Shown here one piece after another: positions 1-11,853 of a stretch of DNA of 64,000 nucleotides. Source of the DNA: TPA_inf: Saccharomyces. Lineage: Eukaryota. The stretch is taken from NCBI GenBank assembly GCA_000146045.2, contig BK006941.2, positions 832,001-896,000 on the forward strand. The letters are read 5' to 3'. The translations under genes and the position numbers were made by a program. The notes under the pieces were generated by a model. That model saw nothing but the letters and a program-made list of their open reading frames with translations, was not told the DNA's origin and did not search any database. Each line of letters begins with the position of its first letter. Position 1 is the stretch's first letter.

Positions 1-455
1 TTGCGGAGGGGATTATACTATTATCCAACGATTACAAAATTCCAGTTGTACCTCCGAGAGAAACATACTTCGCGGATTTACGATTTATTGGTATTATGTC
101 CGGATATTATGGCACTCTCTCCGGACTTAAGGTATTGGATTTAAATACAAATGAACTTATAGAAGTTGGAAATGGCGCATCTGTGTTAATCCAGTAAGCG
201 GAACAAGTATACATTTTATTAACATAGACTACATACTAATCTGTAACATTTCTATAAAAAAGTTATTATCATCACATTACACGATAGAAACACTTCCATA
301 TTTTTTTACACTGAAAGGGGCACCTAGAAGATTAAACAACTAAACTGAAAATATACGTGCTAGAAAAAGGGTTTTACAGCTTTACTTAGGCGTTGCGAGT
401 CACCCAAAAGAGCAGTTGAAGGACGCCGCCGTTTCACTAGATACATATATATATA

Positions 456-1157
456 ATGTCAGAGAAATTCCCTCCTTTGGAAGATCAAAACATTGATTTC
501 ACACCCAACGACAAAAAAGATGACGACACCGATTTTTTAAAAAGAGAAGCAGAGATACTTGGAGACGAGTTCAAGACTGAACAGGATGACATATTGGAAA
601 CGGAGGCTTCCCCCGCCAAAGATGATGACGAAATTAGGGATTTTGAAGAGCAATTTCCAGATATCAACTCCGCAAATGGCGCAGTCTCGAGCGATCAAAA
701 TGGTAGTGCTACTGTATCTAGTGGTAATGACAATGGCGAGGCAGATGATGATTTTTCCACATTCGAAGGTGCCAATCAGAGTACAGAATCCGTTAAAGAG
801 GATCGTTCTGAAGTTGTAGACCAATGGAAACAACGTCGTGCTGTAGAGATTCACGAAAAGGATTTAAAGGACGAGGAGTTAAAAAAGGAATTGCAGGATG
901 AAGCTATCAAACATATTGACGATTTTTACGATTCTTACAATAAAAAGAAGGAACAACAATTGGAAGATGCTGCTAAGGAAGCTGAGGCTTTCTTAAAGAA
1001 AAGAGATGAATTTTTTGGTCAAGACAATACGACCTGGGATCGTGCACTTCAATTAATTAACCAAGATGATGCCGATATCATTGGGGGTAGAGACAGGTCT
1101 AAGCTTAAAGAAATTCTTTTGAGATTGAAAGGTAACGCGAAGGCTCCCGGTGCTTAA
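456..1157 (+). CDS. CLC1: Clathrin light chain
   Basis: 233-aa ORF MSEKFPPLEDQNIDF...; acidic N-terminus and C-terminal heptad region; matches yeast Clc1 (YGR167W) length and sequence from memory. Confidence 0.93.
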   Translation: MSEKFPPLEDQNIDFTPNDKKDDDTDFLKREAEILGDEFKTEQDDILETEASPAKDDDEIRDFEEQFPDINSANGAVSSDQNGSATVSSGNDNGEADDDFSTFEGANQSTESVKEDRSEVVDQWKQRRAVEIHEKDLKDEELKKELQDEAIKHIDDFYDSYNKKKEQQLEDAAKEAEAFLKKRDEFFGQDNTTWDRALQLINQDDADIIGGRDRSKLKEILLRLKGNAKAPGA

Positions 1158-1351
1158 ATGATGATGAATAATAAGAACCATAATGAACTAAGGAAGAGAA
1201 GGGGCTTATTCCCTATCATTCCCGTCATACATGAGTATCATACTTGATAGGTTCAGTAAATAACTAATTCATACTGTAAATTCATTTATCAAGACAACTA
1301 TAATATAGATTATTTACAAACTTGTAAACTCTTCTCTTCTAAAAAAACACA

Positions 1352-2482
1352 TCACATAATACTAAGCTGAAACAAAAAGAATAGTATATATTTCCCAAAG
1401 TTGCAATGCCAATACTTTTTCAAGTAAACATTAACCAAGGACTTCGCAAAGAATTTTGCGAAAAATGGGCTGATTTTCATTTTACTTGTTGGATCCACGA
1501 AGGTGAATGTAAGAAGCATCACGATGCACCGCAATTTGTTGCCCATTAATCTGCGCCTTTTCGTGACGAATAAATATTCGATACACTGCCTTAATATAGT
1601 CCATTTTAGACTTGGAAAAAAACCCTTGGTGAAATATGAATTTATTATCTTTTCGTTTATATTTGCATAATTATCATCAATTGTAACTTCATGTATTTCA
1701 TTTAGTCTGTCCATTACATGCTTCAAATTTGATGAAGATATGGGCCAATCATTATGGTTCTTGACCCCAAGGTATTGAGAAAAGTTCCTGACTTCGTGGC
1801 CGCCGACATTCTTATTTGATTTCGTCCCTGAAGTAAAAAAGAATTTTAATGTTCTGTGATATACTGCCAAAACTGTGAAAATGGCATTGATTGTGAAGAA
1901 ATCTATTAAAAATGGCCTATGGTCAAAAAGCACACGGAATGGTAACGAACTCCTGTCCAGTTTGGCAAATAATACAATAATCGCTAAACACACAAGAATT
2001 TGCTGGAATTTTATTAATGTACCCTGGGAAAAATTTTTTTTTTTCAACCATTGTGTTAATTTTGCGATCTTTAATTTGGAGGCTATAGCTTCCACAAGAA
2101 AGTGTGCGATAATCCACGAAGGTACCTCACCCTTGGTAAGCATTAACGATATTCCTACAATGGAAGACCAGTGAATATAATGATTTTTTAAAAATGGGAA
2201 CTTCATCAAAGTTGGATATAGTATGTTCAGCAAGACTAATATAGTAGACTCTCTTAGCCATGGCATGATATCATTTATTTGAATATTTTCACCCTGTAAT
2301 TTTTTCAATTTCCATTTTTTGACATAAAATACTAGGTTTATTCCATAGACTTGGGTTATTCTTTTCAAGATGATGACGAGTTGTTTTCTTCTCTTCTTGT
2401 TCAAGAGGAGTAGAAGCCTTCTTATTATCTGCTTGAAGCCAGAAACTGCTTTCCCAGTACCATTTGGACGATTGTGTTTCAT
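1352..2482 (-). CDS. PEX35: Multi-pass membrane protein YGR168C (peroxisome abundance regulator Pex35)
   Basis: 376-aa hydrophobic ORF next to CLC1 in the expected chromosome VII order; length matches YGR168C. The symbol is recalled, not verified. Confidence 0.8.
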   Translation of the reverse strand: MKHNRPNGTGKAVSGFKQIIRRLLLLLNKKRRKQLVIILKRITQVYGINLVFYVKKWKLKKLQGENIQINDIMPWLRESTILVLLNILYPTLMKFPFLKNHYIHWSSIVGISLMLTKGEVPSWIIAHFLVEAIASKLKIAKLTQWLKKKNFSQGTLIKFQQILVCLAIIVLFAKLDRSSLPFRVLFDHRPFLIDFFTINAIFTVLAVYHRTLKFFFTSGTKSNKNVGGHEVRNFSQYLGVKNHNDWPISSSNLKHVMDRLNEIHEVTIDDNYANINEKIINSYFTKGFFPSLKWTILRQCIEYLFVTKRRRLMGNKLRCIVMLLTFTFVDPTSKMKISPFFAKFFAKSLVNVYLKKYWHCNFGKYILFFLFQLSIM

Positions 2483-2688
2483 ATAGTTAGCAAGTGTATA
2501 CTCTCATTAGCTCTGTTCGCGATGTGTATTTCGTGGTGCTTTATATAGGGTTTTTAACTTTTCCCCATGAACATTCGCTGTTATGTATTCGCAACTAAAA
2601 ATAATGTCTCTCTTTAATTTTAATTTACATCCAAAGTACGGAAATGGTAACTAAACTATATACAAAAAAAGTTCGCTCAAAAAAAAGT

Positions 2689-3912
2689 TTAACTATTGTC
2701 CAATTGTGCCCATTTTGGTAAATCTGTTTTGAACTTGAATTTGCCATTAATCTCCTCATACTTCCAAGCATGCAACCATAATTCTAGGTCTGATAGCACA
2801 GGATCCTTTAAATCAACAGTATGACATTCAGGACAAAATGTTTCCATTGTCCGACAATTATTTTTTGTCTCATCGACAAATTTTTGAAACCTCACTTTCA
2901 ATTCCTCAGCATCTAAATCCTGCTGATTCTCCCATCTAGGAAACTGAGTTATAAACTTAAGCCTTTCGGGGTATTTTGTAATATGCGAACAATAAACACT
3001 ATCGTTGACGATGGGATGACCGAGCCTAGCTAAATGGATTCGAATTTGGTGTGTTCTTCCAGTTATTGGCTTACAAGCGACGACAGTTTCATCAGCATGA
3101 GAGAAGTATCTTATTGGGTAGAACTTGGTAATAGCATCCTTCGATGTCGATAAACCAACTGGAAACTGTCTCTTTGGATCGATAGAATATATGGGTGTCA
3201 TTTCCACTGTAACTTTGGAAGTGTCCTCAAAAGTCGTTTCCGCCGCATTTTCATTGTCCAATATCAATTCGGAGTGAGGAAATCTTCCCTTGACCCTTGC
3301 CAAGTAGATCTTAATCATATCTCTTGAACGAATACTCTTCTGGATTTCCCCCGCACTCTGACTGTTCTTGGCCAATATCAACAAGCCTGATGTGATCTTG
3401 TCTAACCGATAACAAGGAAGAGCATCTACACCATGTAACTTCAGTAATTCAGTAATTGTGTTCTGGTAAAACTGACCGGTTGGATGCACTGGTATACCAC
3501 TGGGTTTATCAATGACGAGGATACTCTCATCTTCAAAAACAATATTGAATCCCGCTATTCTGCCAGGTAAATCCTCCGCTTCAACTTCCTGGCTACACCA
3601 TTGTTTTACCGGCGGTTCGTGCTTATGCGTAGTTGTTTCTAAAACATCATGATTCTTGATTATGGTAGTCATGAGATGATCTGGTACCAGCGGCACACCA
3701 TCTCGGATCAACCTATATGTGCCTTTCCTTATTTGGTCCAAATAATAAGCTCTTGGGCGAAGTTTAAATTCACTAACGAGAACGTCTATTAGTAACTTAC
3801 CCAACCAGCGCCCCTTCACGAACGCTGATCTTCTGTTATAATAGGGCCGTACCTTTCTCAGTCCATTCTGTGTATATACCTCAATAACTTTGATAGTTGA
3901 CATACTTGACAA
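2689..3912 (-). CDS. PUS6: tRNA pseudouridine(31) synthase, RluA family
   Basis: ORF with RluA-type catalytic region (HRLDKITSGLLILAK, conserved Asp). The track ORF is 407 aa; I recall annotated Pus6 as 404 aa, which would start at the second Met (MSTIKV, coordinate 3903). Confidence 0.88.
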   Translation of the reverse strand: MSSMSTIKVIEVYTQNGLRKVRPYYNRRSAFVKGRWLGKLLIDVLVSEFKLRPRAYYLDQIRKGTYRLIRDGVPLVPDHLMTTIIKNHDVLETTTHKHEPPVKQWCSQEVEAEDLPGRIAGFNIVFEDESILVIDKPSGIPVHPTGQFYQNTITELLKLHGVDALPCYRLDKITSGLLILAKNSQSAGEIQKSIRSRDMIKIYLARVKGRFPHSELILDNENAAETTFEDTSKVTVEMTPIYSIDPKRQFPVGLSTSKDAITKFYPIRYFSHADETVVACKPITGRTHQIRIHLARLGHPIVNDSVYCSHITKYPERLKFITQFPRWENQQDLDAEELKVRFQKFVDETKNNCRTMETFCPECHTVDLKDPVLSDLELWLHAWKYEEINGKFKFKTDLPKWAQLDNS

Positions 3913-4386
3913 TCATCCTTTTGCCCACTGATTGTCTCGAGCAATCGTCAATAAAGTTTTCACAAGAAACATTTATTTGCCTTTTAATGAAAGAAAAAAA
4001 GTAAATTTTTCATTAACTTTTATCATTGTTATCAATCTTCTTGTATGACAGCAAGCTATATATACATACATATGCAAATCTAATGTACATAATTTCAACT
4101 ATTCATACCATTAGTACCATAAAGTCATTCTTTTTACTGTAAACTACACTTGCATTATCCTTCCTCGTCCCTCTTTATTCTTATAACGTTGAACAGTGAT
4201 TTCTTACCATGTGTATTTTTGTACTCAACCCGCAAAAGATAAGCATCCTCATACAGAAGTATTATTATTACCACTGTTACTTTTATTGTCGTTATTTGTC
4301 TTGCGTTTTTATGTTTATGGAGATAAAGTGGGAATGACTTTATCATATGCAATTATTAGCCGCTATAAGGCTAAGATTCTTCAAAT

Positions 4387-4665
4387 TTATTTCATTTTTC
4401 TTTTACCCTTGCCACCCTTGCCCAGTTGCTCCTCCTCTGCGGTTAGCAACGCATCGCGCTCCTTTTTAGCTCTTGCTTTTTCTTGTCTTTTTTGCTCTTC
4501 CTCTAATTTTTTGGCATTCTCTTTCCTCGAACCTTGTTCCCATTTAGAAGCTTCCTCCGCTTCTAGCTGCTCCATTTGTGCTCTTTGTTTAGCATGTGCC
4601 TGATCTCTTTTTCTTGCTAAGCCAGCTGCTTTCTTTGCGGCGGATTCTGAAAATCTTTTACCCAT
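4387..4665 (-). CDS. LSO2: Small basic ribosome-associated protein (ribosome hibernation/recovery factor)
   Basis: 92-aa Lys/Arg/Glu-rich ORF MGKRFSESAAKKAAGLARKR...; matches YGR169C-A (Lso2) length and position between PUS6 and PSD2. Confidence 0.85.
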   Translation of the reverse strand: MGKRFSESAAKKAAGLARKRDQAHAKQRAQMEQLEAEEASKWEQGSRKENAKKLEEEQKRQEKARAKKERDALLTAEEEQLGKGGKGKRKMK

Positions 4666-5141
4666 CTTTTTACTTCCTCTTTGCTATTCTATTATTTCCT
4701 GTATAGGCAGGTTTTGTGCTCAATTGATAAATTCTTTTACCTATTAAATATAAACTTGAGTTTCAACTTATTCAGCTTTATTTTAAACATTATACAAGTT
4801 TTTCATTTTGAGGGGTCTTTAACTGGAAAAAAAAAGCTTTCACGACTCAAAGAAAAAAAAAAAAATTTTTTTAGGGTAAAAAAAAACTAAGGGCTAATAT
4901 GAAAAATACAAAGGTTATGTTACTTTAAAATGAGGTTTGGAAGAAGGAGAAAGACAAAAAAGCAGGGCACATGTCAAACTCTTGGAAACTTGAGATCCTA
5001 GCCCTAACGCATGTGCTACTTCAAGGAATTCTTCTTATATATGACAACTATTCCAATTTGATGCTAAAACTAGCCCAAAGTGGTTGATGCTGTATCAATT
5101 GGTAAAGAATCCTCGATTTTCAGGAGCATCCAACGACGAAG

Positions 5142-8100
5142 ATGAGGATTATTAAGGGCAGAAAGCGAGGCAAGAACAAGAAGCCAACGCTAATTTTAAA
5201 AATTCATGTCATTCAAGCTGAAAATATTGAAGCCTTGAAGACATTCAATTGTAACCCGGTATGTTTTGTTACCACTAATACATTTTATAGTCAAAAGACG
5301 AACAAGCTCAAGAACTCAAATACACACTGGAATCAAACCTTGAGGATCAAACTTCCGAGAAATCCAACATCTGAATGGTTAAGGATTATAGTATACGACG
5401 CCCTACCAACCGGAGCTCCCCCTACTACCCCCAGTAGACCAAGGACAACCACTGCAAATACATCTTCATCGACACTGTCAAATTCAGGGCTAAGTTCTCA
5501 CTCTCATTCGTCGAGAAATTTGAATGTTACGTCCAAAGGTAATCAAACTTCAACATCAATTAATTCAGTATCATCTTCAGCTACACCGGCCCCTTCACAT
5601 TCTTCCTCTTCTCTCTCAACAACAGGTCCCGGGTCCACACACAAAAATAGGATTAATAGCTATCTATATTTGGGTGAAGCAAAAATTTCATTACTGGATT
5701 TATTCAAGAGGAAGGACACCACGACGAGCTATAAATTTTCAATTGAAGCTCAGCGGTACCATCTATACGATATGAAAGGAGGGAAAGACCAAGATTCCTT
5801 GAACTGCAACTTTCTAGTGGGCGATATTTTGCTTGGATTTAAGCTAGAATGTAACGTTAAAAGAACCCCGACTTTTCAGGCTTTCAATGCTTGGAGAAAT
5901 GAGTTGAACACTTACTTGGGCAGAATAGATAGAAATAAGGCCCGCATGAGATCTTCTAGTTCTTTGCCACCTCCACTAGAAGATATGTTGAGCAATAGTT
6001 CAGCTGTTAGTGGAAATGAAATACGACGCGAGAAACCATATAGCGATACTGATCTAGCCCACGATGAAGAGGTCAATGCCGAGGATGAAATAGATGCTGA
6101 GGAATCTATTGAAGATATGAATAGCAGCGGCAGCATTTGTACGGAGAGGAGGTACGATATAGACAATGATACTATATTCGACTCTATATCTGAGGTTGTT
6201 TCGCTAAATGATGAAGAACTAGATATTCTAAATGATTTTGAAGAAGCAGATCATCCAAATGTGCCAGACATAAATGTGCATGACATCGACGAAGATACCC
6301 GTATCAGTCTATCTTCAATGATAACAGCTTTAGATGAATATGATATCGTAGAACCAGAAGATGTTGCAAAATTACCTGCAGTGTCGGAAAATGACATAAC
6401 ATCAGTGGATGACGAAGAATCTGAAAACCAACAGGAAAGTGATGAGGAGTTTGATATATATAATGAGGATGAGCGTGAAGATTCTGATTTTCAATCAAAA
6501 GAATACATTGGGAGTCGGCTTTTACACCTGCAAAGGGGTAAACATAATAAATCATATGCAAATTACTTATACAGAAGAGCAAAAAGTAACTTTTTTATAT
6601 CGAAAAAGGAACATGCGATGGGGGTAGTATTTATGCATATTGGGGCTATCAAAAATTTACCTGCATTAAGGAATCGGTTGTCCAAGACTAATTATGAAAT
6701 GGATCCATTTATCGTTATTTCGTTTGGTAGAAGAGTATTCAAGACATCTTGGAGAAAACATACTTTAAACCCAGAATTTAATGAATATGCCGCTTTCGAA
6801 GTTTTTCCCCATGAAACGAATTTTGCTTTCAGTATCAAAGTTGTTGATAAAGACTCATTTTCATTCAATGATGACGTTGCAAAATGCGAACTGGCTTGGT
6901 TTGATATGCTGCAACAGCAACAACATGAAAACGAATGGATACCTTATGAGATACCATTGGATCTCACTGTTGAGCCAGCACATGCTCCTAAGCAACCGGT
7001 ATTATATTCGAGCTTCAAATATGTTTCATATCCGTTCTTAAAAAAGAGCTTTTGGAAAGAAGCTGTTGACACATCAGTCAACTTAGAGAGACTCGACATT
7101 ATTCAAGTAATGCTCTATCTTGAACGTCTTGGTTCATTCACGATGGCCGATTCTTTTGAACTCTTTCAGCATTTCAATAAATCTGCTTGGGCCGGCCAGA
7201 GCATTACTAGATCACAATTAGTTGAAGGGCTACAGTCATGGAGAAAATCCACTAATTTTAAACGCATCTGGACATGTCCTAGATGCATGCGTTCATGCAA
7301 ACCAACTAGAAATGCTAGACGTTCTAAACTGGTTCTAGAAAATGACTTGATAACCCATTTTGCCATATGTACGTTTTCAAAAGAACACAAAACTTTAAAG
7401 CCGTCGTACGTCTCATCTGCATTTGCATCCAAGAGATGGTTCTCTAAGGTTTTGATAAAATTAACTTATGGTAAATATGCTTTGGGATCTAACAATGCAA
7501 ACATCTTGGTTCAAGACCGAGACACAGGGATAATTATTGAGGAAAAAATAAGCGCACACGTAAAGTTGGGAATGAGGATTATATACAATGGTAAAAGTCC
7601 CGAGTCTAAAAAATTTAGATCCCTCTTGAAGACTTTATCAATCAGGCAAGGCAAAAAATTTGACAGCACTGCATCTGCCAAACAAATTGAACCTTTCATA
7701 AAGTTTCACTCGCTAGACCTTTCACAATGCCGAGATAAAGATTTTAAAACATTCAATGAATTTTTTTACAGGAAACTAAAACCAGGAAGCCGGCTGCCTG
7801 AAAGTAATAATAAAGAAATATTGTTTTCACCAGCAGATTCAAGATGCACAGTGTTCCCAACTATACAAGAATCGAAGGAAATATGGGTGAAAGGAAGAAA
7901 ATTTTCTATTAAGAAACTAGCCAATAACTATAATCCGGAAACATTTAATGACAATAACTGCAGTATTGGTATATTTAGACTGGCGCCACAAGATTATCAC
8001 CGGTTTCACTCACCATGTAATGGTACGATTGGAAAACCTGTATATGTGGATGGAGAGTATTATACTGTAAATCCAATGGCCGTTCGTAGTGAGTTAGACG

Positions 8101-8558
8101 TCTTTGGTGAAAATATCAGAGTTATTATCCCCATCGATTCTCCTCAATTTGGCAAACTACTGTACATACCTATTGGTGCAATGATGGTTGGATCCATACT
8201 ATTGACCTGCAAAGAAAACGATGTAGTTGAGAGTGGACAGGAGCTGGGCTATTTTAAATTTGGAGGTTCTACTATAATAATCATTATCCCGCACAACAAC
8301 TTCATGTTTGATTCCGACCTTGTGAAAAACTCTTCAGAACGCATTGAAACGTTAGTCAAAGTCGGGATGAGTATAGGACACACATCAAATGTGAATGAAT
8401 TGAAGAGAATCCGTATTAAAGTAGACGACCCAAAGAAAATTGAACGGATCAAGAGAACAATTAGTGTTAGCGATGAAAATGCCAAGAGTACAGGAAATGT
8501 AACATGGGAATATCATACTTTACGGGAAATGATGAATAAAGATTTTGCTGGGCTATGA
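5142..8558 (+). CDS. PSD2: Phosphatidylserine decarboxylase 2 (Golgi/endosome)
   Basis: 1138-aa ORF with C2-like regions and a C-terminal PS-decarboxylase domain. It includes the autocatalytic Gly-Ser-Thr (pyruvoyl-forming) motif, read here as FKFGGSTIII at about 8262-8273. Size matches Psd2. Confidence 0.93.
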   Translation: MRIIKGRKRGKNKKPTLILKIHVIQAENIEALKTFNCNPVCFVTTNTFYSQKTNKLKNSNTHWNQTLRIKLPRNPTSEWLRIIVYDALPTGAPPTTPSRPRTTTANTSSSTLSNSGLSSHSHSSRNLNVTSKGNQTSTSINSVSSSATPAPSHSSSSLSTTGPGSTHKNRINSYLYLGEAKISLLDLFKRKDTTTSYKFSIEAQRYHLYDMKGGKDQDSLNCNFLVGDILLGFKLECNVKRTPTFQAFNAWRNELNTYLGRIDRNKARMRSSSSLPPPLEDMLSNSSAVSGNEIRREKPYSDTDLAHDEEVNAEDEIDAEESIEDMNSSGSICTERRYDIDNDTIFDSISEVVSLNDEELDILNDFEEADHPNVPDINVHDIDEDTRISLSSMITALDEYDIVEPEDVAKLPAVSENDITSVDDEESENQQESDEEFDIYNEDEREDSDFQSKEYIGSRLLHLQRGKHNKSYANYLYRRAKSNFFISKKEHAMGVVFMHIGAIKNLPALRNRLSKTNYEMDPFIVISFGRRVFKTSWRKHTLNPEFNEYAAFEVFPHETNFAFSIKVVDKDSFSFNDDVAKCELAWFDMLQQQQHENEWIPYEIPLDLTVEPAHAPKQPVLYSSFKYVSYPFLKKSFWKEAVDTSVNLERLDIIQVMLYLERLGSFTMADSFELFQHFNKSAWAGQSITRSQLVEGLQSWRKSTNFKRIWTCPRCMRSCKPTRNARRSKLVLENDLITHFAICTFSKEHKTLKPSYVSSAFASKRWFSKVLIKLTYGKYALGSNNANILVQDRDTGIIIEEKISAHVKLGMRIIYNGKSPESKKFRSLLKTLSIRQGKKFDSTASAKQIEPFIKFHSLDLSQCRDKDFKTFNEFFYRKLKPGSRLPESNNKEILFSPADSRCTVFPTIQESKEIWVKGRKFSIKKLANNYNPETFNDNNCSIGIFRLAPQDYHRFHSPCNGTIGKPVYVDGEYYTVNPMAVRSELDVFGENIRVIIPIDSPQFGKLLYIPIGAMMVGSILLTCKENDVVESGQELGYFKFGGSTIIIIIPHNNFMFDSDLVKNSSERIETLVKVGMSIGHTSNVNELKRIRIKVDDPKKIERIKRTISVSDENAKSTGNVTWEYHTLREMMNKDFAGL

Positions 8559-8823
8559 AGCCGCCGAAAAATTGGCTGTAGTTAGTGGTTACCAAAATGG
8601 AAAAAAAAAAAAAACATGAACAATCTCCCTCAGACTTTATTATAGACTATAGCGTGTACAAACAAGTCATCGTTGATAATGAAAGCAATGGTTTCATACC
8701 AGGAAATTTCCTATGAAAAATATGCATTTTTATTAGTAACAAAAGAAACTATATTCCTAGTCCTCTTGCAGAAAATACGATATAATACTTAAGTTAATAT
8801 TTACAGTGCAGTAAGTACCTTTT

Positions 8824-10551
8824 TCATGACCTCATATTCGTTTGTTCCTCTTGCAACCTGAATGGAATTTTTTTCAAAGGTACTTCTCGGCCTTTCTTGT
8901 TAGATTGCTTTCCATATGTTTTATCGGAACCCAATCTAGCATAATTTATAGTCCTTTTCTCCTTTGAAACATCAATACGATCTAGGAAACTTTGTGAGAG
9001 AGATGGTATAATGGATTGGCATAAAATGGAGAGGATTCTAGACGTTTCCATAGCCAAAAATATTATATTGTCTTGTTGATCTAATTCCCTCTCCCAAGGT
9101 TTACTATTTTGAACCAAAGTATTTGCATCGTTGATAATACTCCAAACATGCCTTAGCAGTTGAGGATACTGGAATATGGCTATTTTTTCGTCAAAAACCT
9201 CTTGTGATTTGTTGAGTAGTTTAGCCAGATTCTCAATTCGTTCGGAGACTATTGGTTCATTTTGGAAAATCTCCTGAAATTGAAAATTTGCCTTGTCGCT
9301 AAATTTCATAACAGCTCTTTCAATATTGAATTTCGAGCCACAACATCTGTTAATCAGATTGCCCCATTTGGATACTAAAAGCTCTCTTGTCTCGTATAAT
9401 TTGGCTTCTTGAAAATCGCCGTCCTCTTCCAGTTTAGAATTTTCTAACAAGAACCAACGCACAATATCGGCTCCATAATAACGTGCCATATCAATCGGAT
9501 CTACAACATTACCCAAACTTTTGGACATTTTCATTCCATTGCAGAGCCAGTGTCCATGAACAACAATTTGTCTTGGTAAAGGCAGTCCAGCAGCCAGTAA
9601 AAAAGAAGGCCAATATACGGTATGGAATTTCGCGATATCCTTTCCTATCACGTGAATGGTGTTTCGCTGCACTTCTTTTGGGTATGGTATTAACAATTGG
9701 CCTTTTACGTTTGATTTGTCGCTATAATGTCTTGAAACTACTTCAGTAGCATTACTCAAGATGGACGGTATGCCACCGATGGAGGAGAGGTAGTTACACA
9801 AGGCATCAAACCACACATAAACTTTTTGGGACGGATCATTAGGAGTCGGTATACCCCATTTAAGTCTCGCAGAGGGTCTCGATATCGATAAATCTGGCAA
9901 TGTCCCACCGGTTTCTAGTTCTTTTAGAATTTGGTCTCTTTTAGAAGCAGGAAAAATGAAATCTGGATTCTTTCTTATATGGTCAACTATTTTCTTGTTA
10001 AATAAGGATAGCCTAAAGAAGTAATTTGTCTCTGACTGATAAACTACTTCGTTTTTCGATTCTGTATTCAGATACTTACCATCATTTTTGGGGTCTTTAA
10101 TAACCTTGGATTCAGGATAGAATGTTTCATCAGAAATGGAATACCAACCCTTATGTTCGCCCATGTAAATATAGCCATTTTTCAAACAAAGTTCCCATAA
10201 TTTCATCACGTTTTCAATGTGGTCAGGATCCGTAGTCCTTATAAATCTTGTATAATTAATGCCATATATTTTGTCTAATTGAACAAACTCTGGGTATAGC
10301 TTATCGACGAACTTTTTTGGCTGATCGAAGCCATTGCTTTCACTAGCACACTGGATTTTCAATCCATGTTCATCAGTACCTGTGGTAAAGAAGGATAGAT
10401 TACCTTTAAATAATTGCCATCGATGGTAAACGTCACTTAATAAGCTGGAGTAAAGATGGCCGAGGTGCGGTTTGGCATTGGGATAGAAAATTGGCGTCGT
10501 TACGTGGGAGACCTTAGAGTACAGACGATGCACAATTGATCGACATTGCAT
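8824..10551 (-). CDS. MSM1: Mitochondrial methionyl-tRNA synthetase
   Basis: 575-aa class I aaRS with HLGH (HIGH-type) motif near the N-terminus (PNAKPHLGHLYS) and KMSKS motif (GMKMSKSLGN). Confidence 0.93.
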   Translation of the reverse strand: MQCRSIVHRLYSKVSHVTTPIFYPNAKPHLGHLYSSLLSDVYHRWQLFKGNLSFFTTGTDEHGLKIQCASESNGFDQPKKFVDKLYPEFVQLDKIYGINYTRFIRTTDPDHIENVMKLWELCLKNGYIYMGEHKGWYSISDETFYPESKVIKDPKNDGKYLNTESKNEVVYQSETNYFFRLSLFNKKIVDHIRKNPDFIFPASKRDQILKELETGGTLPDLSISRPSARLKWGIPTPNDPSQKVYVWFDALCNYLSSIGGIPSILSNATEVVSRHYSDKSNVKGQLLIPYPKEVQRNTIHVIGKDIAKFHTVYWPSFLLAAGLPLPRQIVVHGHWLCNGMKMSKSLGNVVDPIDMARYYGADIVRWFLLENSKLEEDGDFQEAKLYETRELLVSKWGNLINRCCGSKFNIERAVMKFSDKANFQFQEIFQNEPIVSERIENLAKLLNKSQEVFDEKIAIFQYPQLLRHVWSIINDANTLVQNSKPWERELDQQDNIIFLAMETSRILSILCQSIIPSLSQSFLDRIDVSKEKRTINYARLGSDKTYGKQSNKKGREVPLKKIPFRLQEEQTNMRS

Positions 10552-10844
10552 GTTTTCTTTCGATCAAAACCTATGCTTTCCTTATTTACCTCTGGAGAAT
10601 AGTAACATTAAAATTTACATTCTTTTTTCACAGTTGTGCGGATTTATTTGTTTGAAACCACCATTGGACTACGTTTTAGTTTTTAAAGAAAGAGAAGGCA
10701 CTTCGTAATCCAATGTTGCCTAGTACTGGTATTGCTTGCACTATACAAGGAAGTAAGTGTGATTATGTAATGCTGTATACACTCTTTATTCAAACATAGT
10801 TCAGAAAAACATATATACAAATATCGCCCCTAAGCCAATTCCCT

Positions 10845-11591
10845 TCAGACAAAAATTACCATGAGGGCAAAAACACTGTAGAAAATCAACAGTGGGTAGG
10901 CAATTAGCAATCTTGCATTTTGCAATTGGAGCAAAGAATTTAAAAATCCAGACGAGGTCCAAGTACTCCAAATTACAAATAGTACTGATACAACATAACC
11001 TGTAGTGTTGTTCAAACCATGGAAAATGCCCAGTAAAGAAAGGAAACACAGAGGCAAAAAGCAGTATCCTAAGATGGACGCTGTATTGAAAAATTGTAGG
11101 TTCGTTTGAGTGGAAGTATCGTTATTGCTCATTAATTTCGATAGATTGTGCAAAGAAATGGTACCAAACAAAGCGACACCATAGATATATCCAAAATGAA
11201 CCTTTCCAGCCATCAATAGAAAAAGTCCGAATAACAAAAAGAATATCAAAGGCCCAGCCAAATCTGAATCGTTTAGAATTTCTTGTGGCACACCACTACC
11301 AAAACGTATTGGTATAAGAACCATTTTAGTTTTCGTTATGATATGATCGAAATTTATTCCAATTTCCTCCAGTAATGGAGGTTCATGTGGATATCCCTTA
11401 GTTGAAAGAGCATGTAAAATACCTACAGGCAAAGGGTCGGGGGCAACACCCAAATTGTTATCGTTGCCAGTATTAGAAGAACCGACGGTATTTTGAAAAC
11501 TCATTGACCCTTGGGGAACGGCAAATTGTGCAGAAGGCTGATAAAAGCCACCGCCATTATTAGCATTGTTACTAGTATTGTAGAAAGACAT
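10845..11591 (-). CDS. YIP1: Yip1 family integral membrane protein (ER-to-Golgi transport; Rab GTPase-interacting)
   Basis: 248-aa ORF with Asn/Gly/Gln-rich N-terminus followed by multiple TM helices; matches Yip1 (YGR172C). Confidence 0.9.
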   Translation of the reverse strand: MSFYNTSNNANNGGGFYQPSAQFAVPQGSMSFQNTVGSSNTGNDNNLGVAPDPLPVGILHALSTKGYPHEPPLLEEIGINFDHIITKTKMVLIPIRFGSGVPQEILNDSDLAGPLIFFLLFGLFLLMAGKVHFGYIYGVALFGTISLHNLSKLMSNNDTSTQTNLQFFNTASILGYCFLPLCFLSLLGIFHGLNNTTGYVVSVLFVIWSTWTSSGFLNSLLQLQNARLLIAYPLLIFYSVFALMVIFV

Positions 11592-11853
11592 CTCGAGAGG
11601 GACTAATAGTTGTCTTGCAGTACTTCCCGTCCAATTTGTAGCTGTTATAAGATGACTTGGTTCGTGTCACGTAGTTACCTCACTCAAATAGCAAAATAAT
11701 CAATGGTTACCCGAAGTGAAAATTTTCGTGATAATAGCGATGAGATTTAAACCCAGTTATAAAAGTCGTACAATATTGAAGCTGTTGATATTGGAATTGA
11801 ACAAGTACTAACGAGATACGCATTATCAAAACTAACGTAACAAGCACTACAAA

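Noticed and set aside
4741-4760. Candidate ARS consensus (ACS) matches in AT-rich intergenic DNA (for example GTTTATATTTA on the minus strand near 4745, TTTATATTTTA near 43785)
   Set aside because: Only 10/11 matches to WTTTAYRTTTW, which occur frequently by chance in AT-rich yeast intergenic DNA. Without a B-element context or replication data I cannot support an origin call.
4155-4890. Small ORFs (65, 135 and 69 aa) around LSO2 and in the LSO2-PSD2 intergenic region
   Set aside because: They overlap LSO2 in antisense or lie in poly(A/T)-rich promoter DNA; translations are homopolymeric or low-complexity (LLLLPLLLLL, KKK runs).
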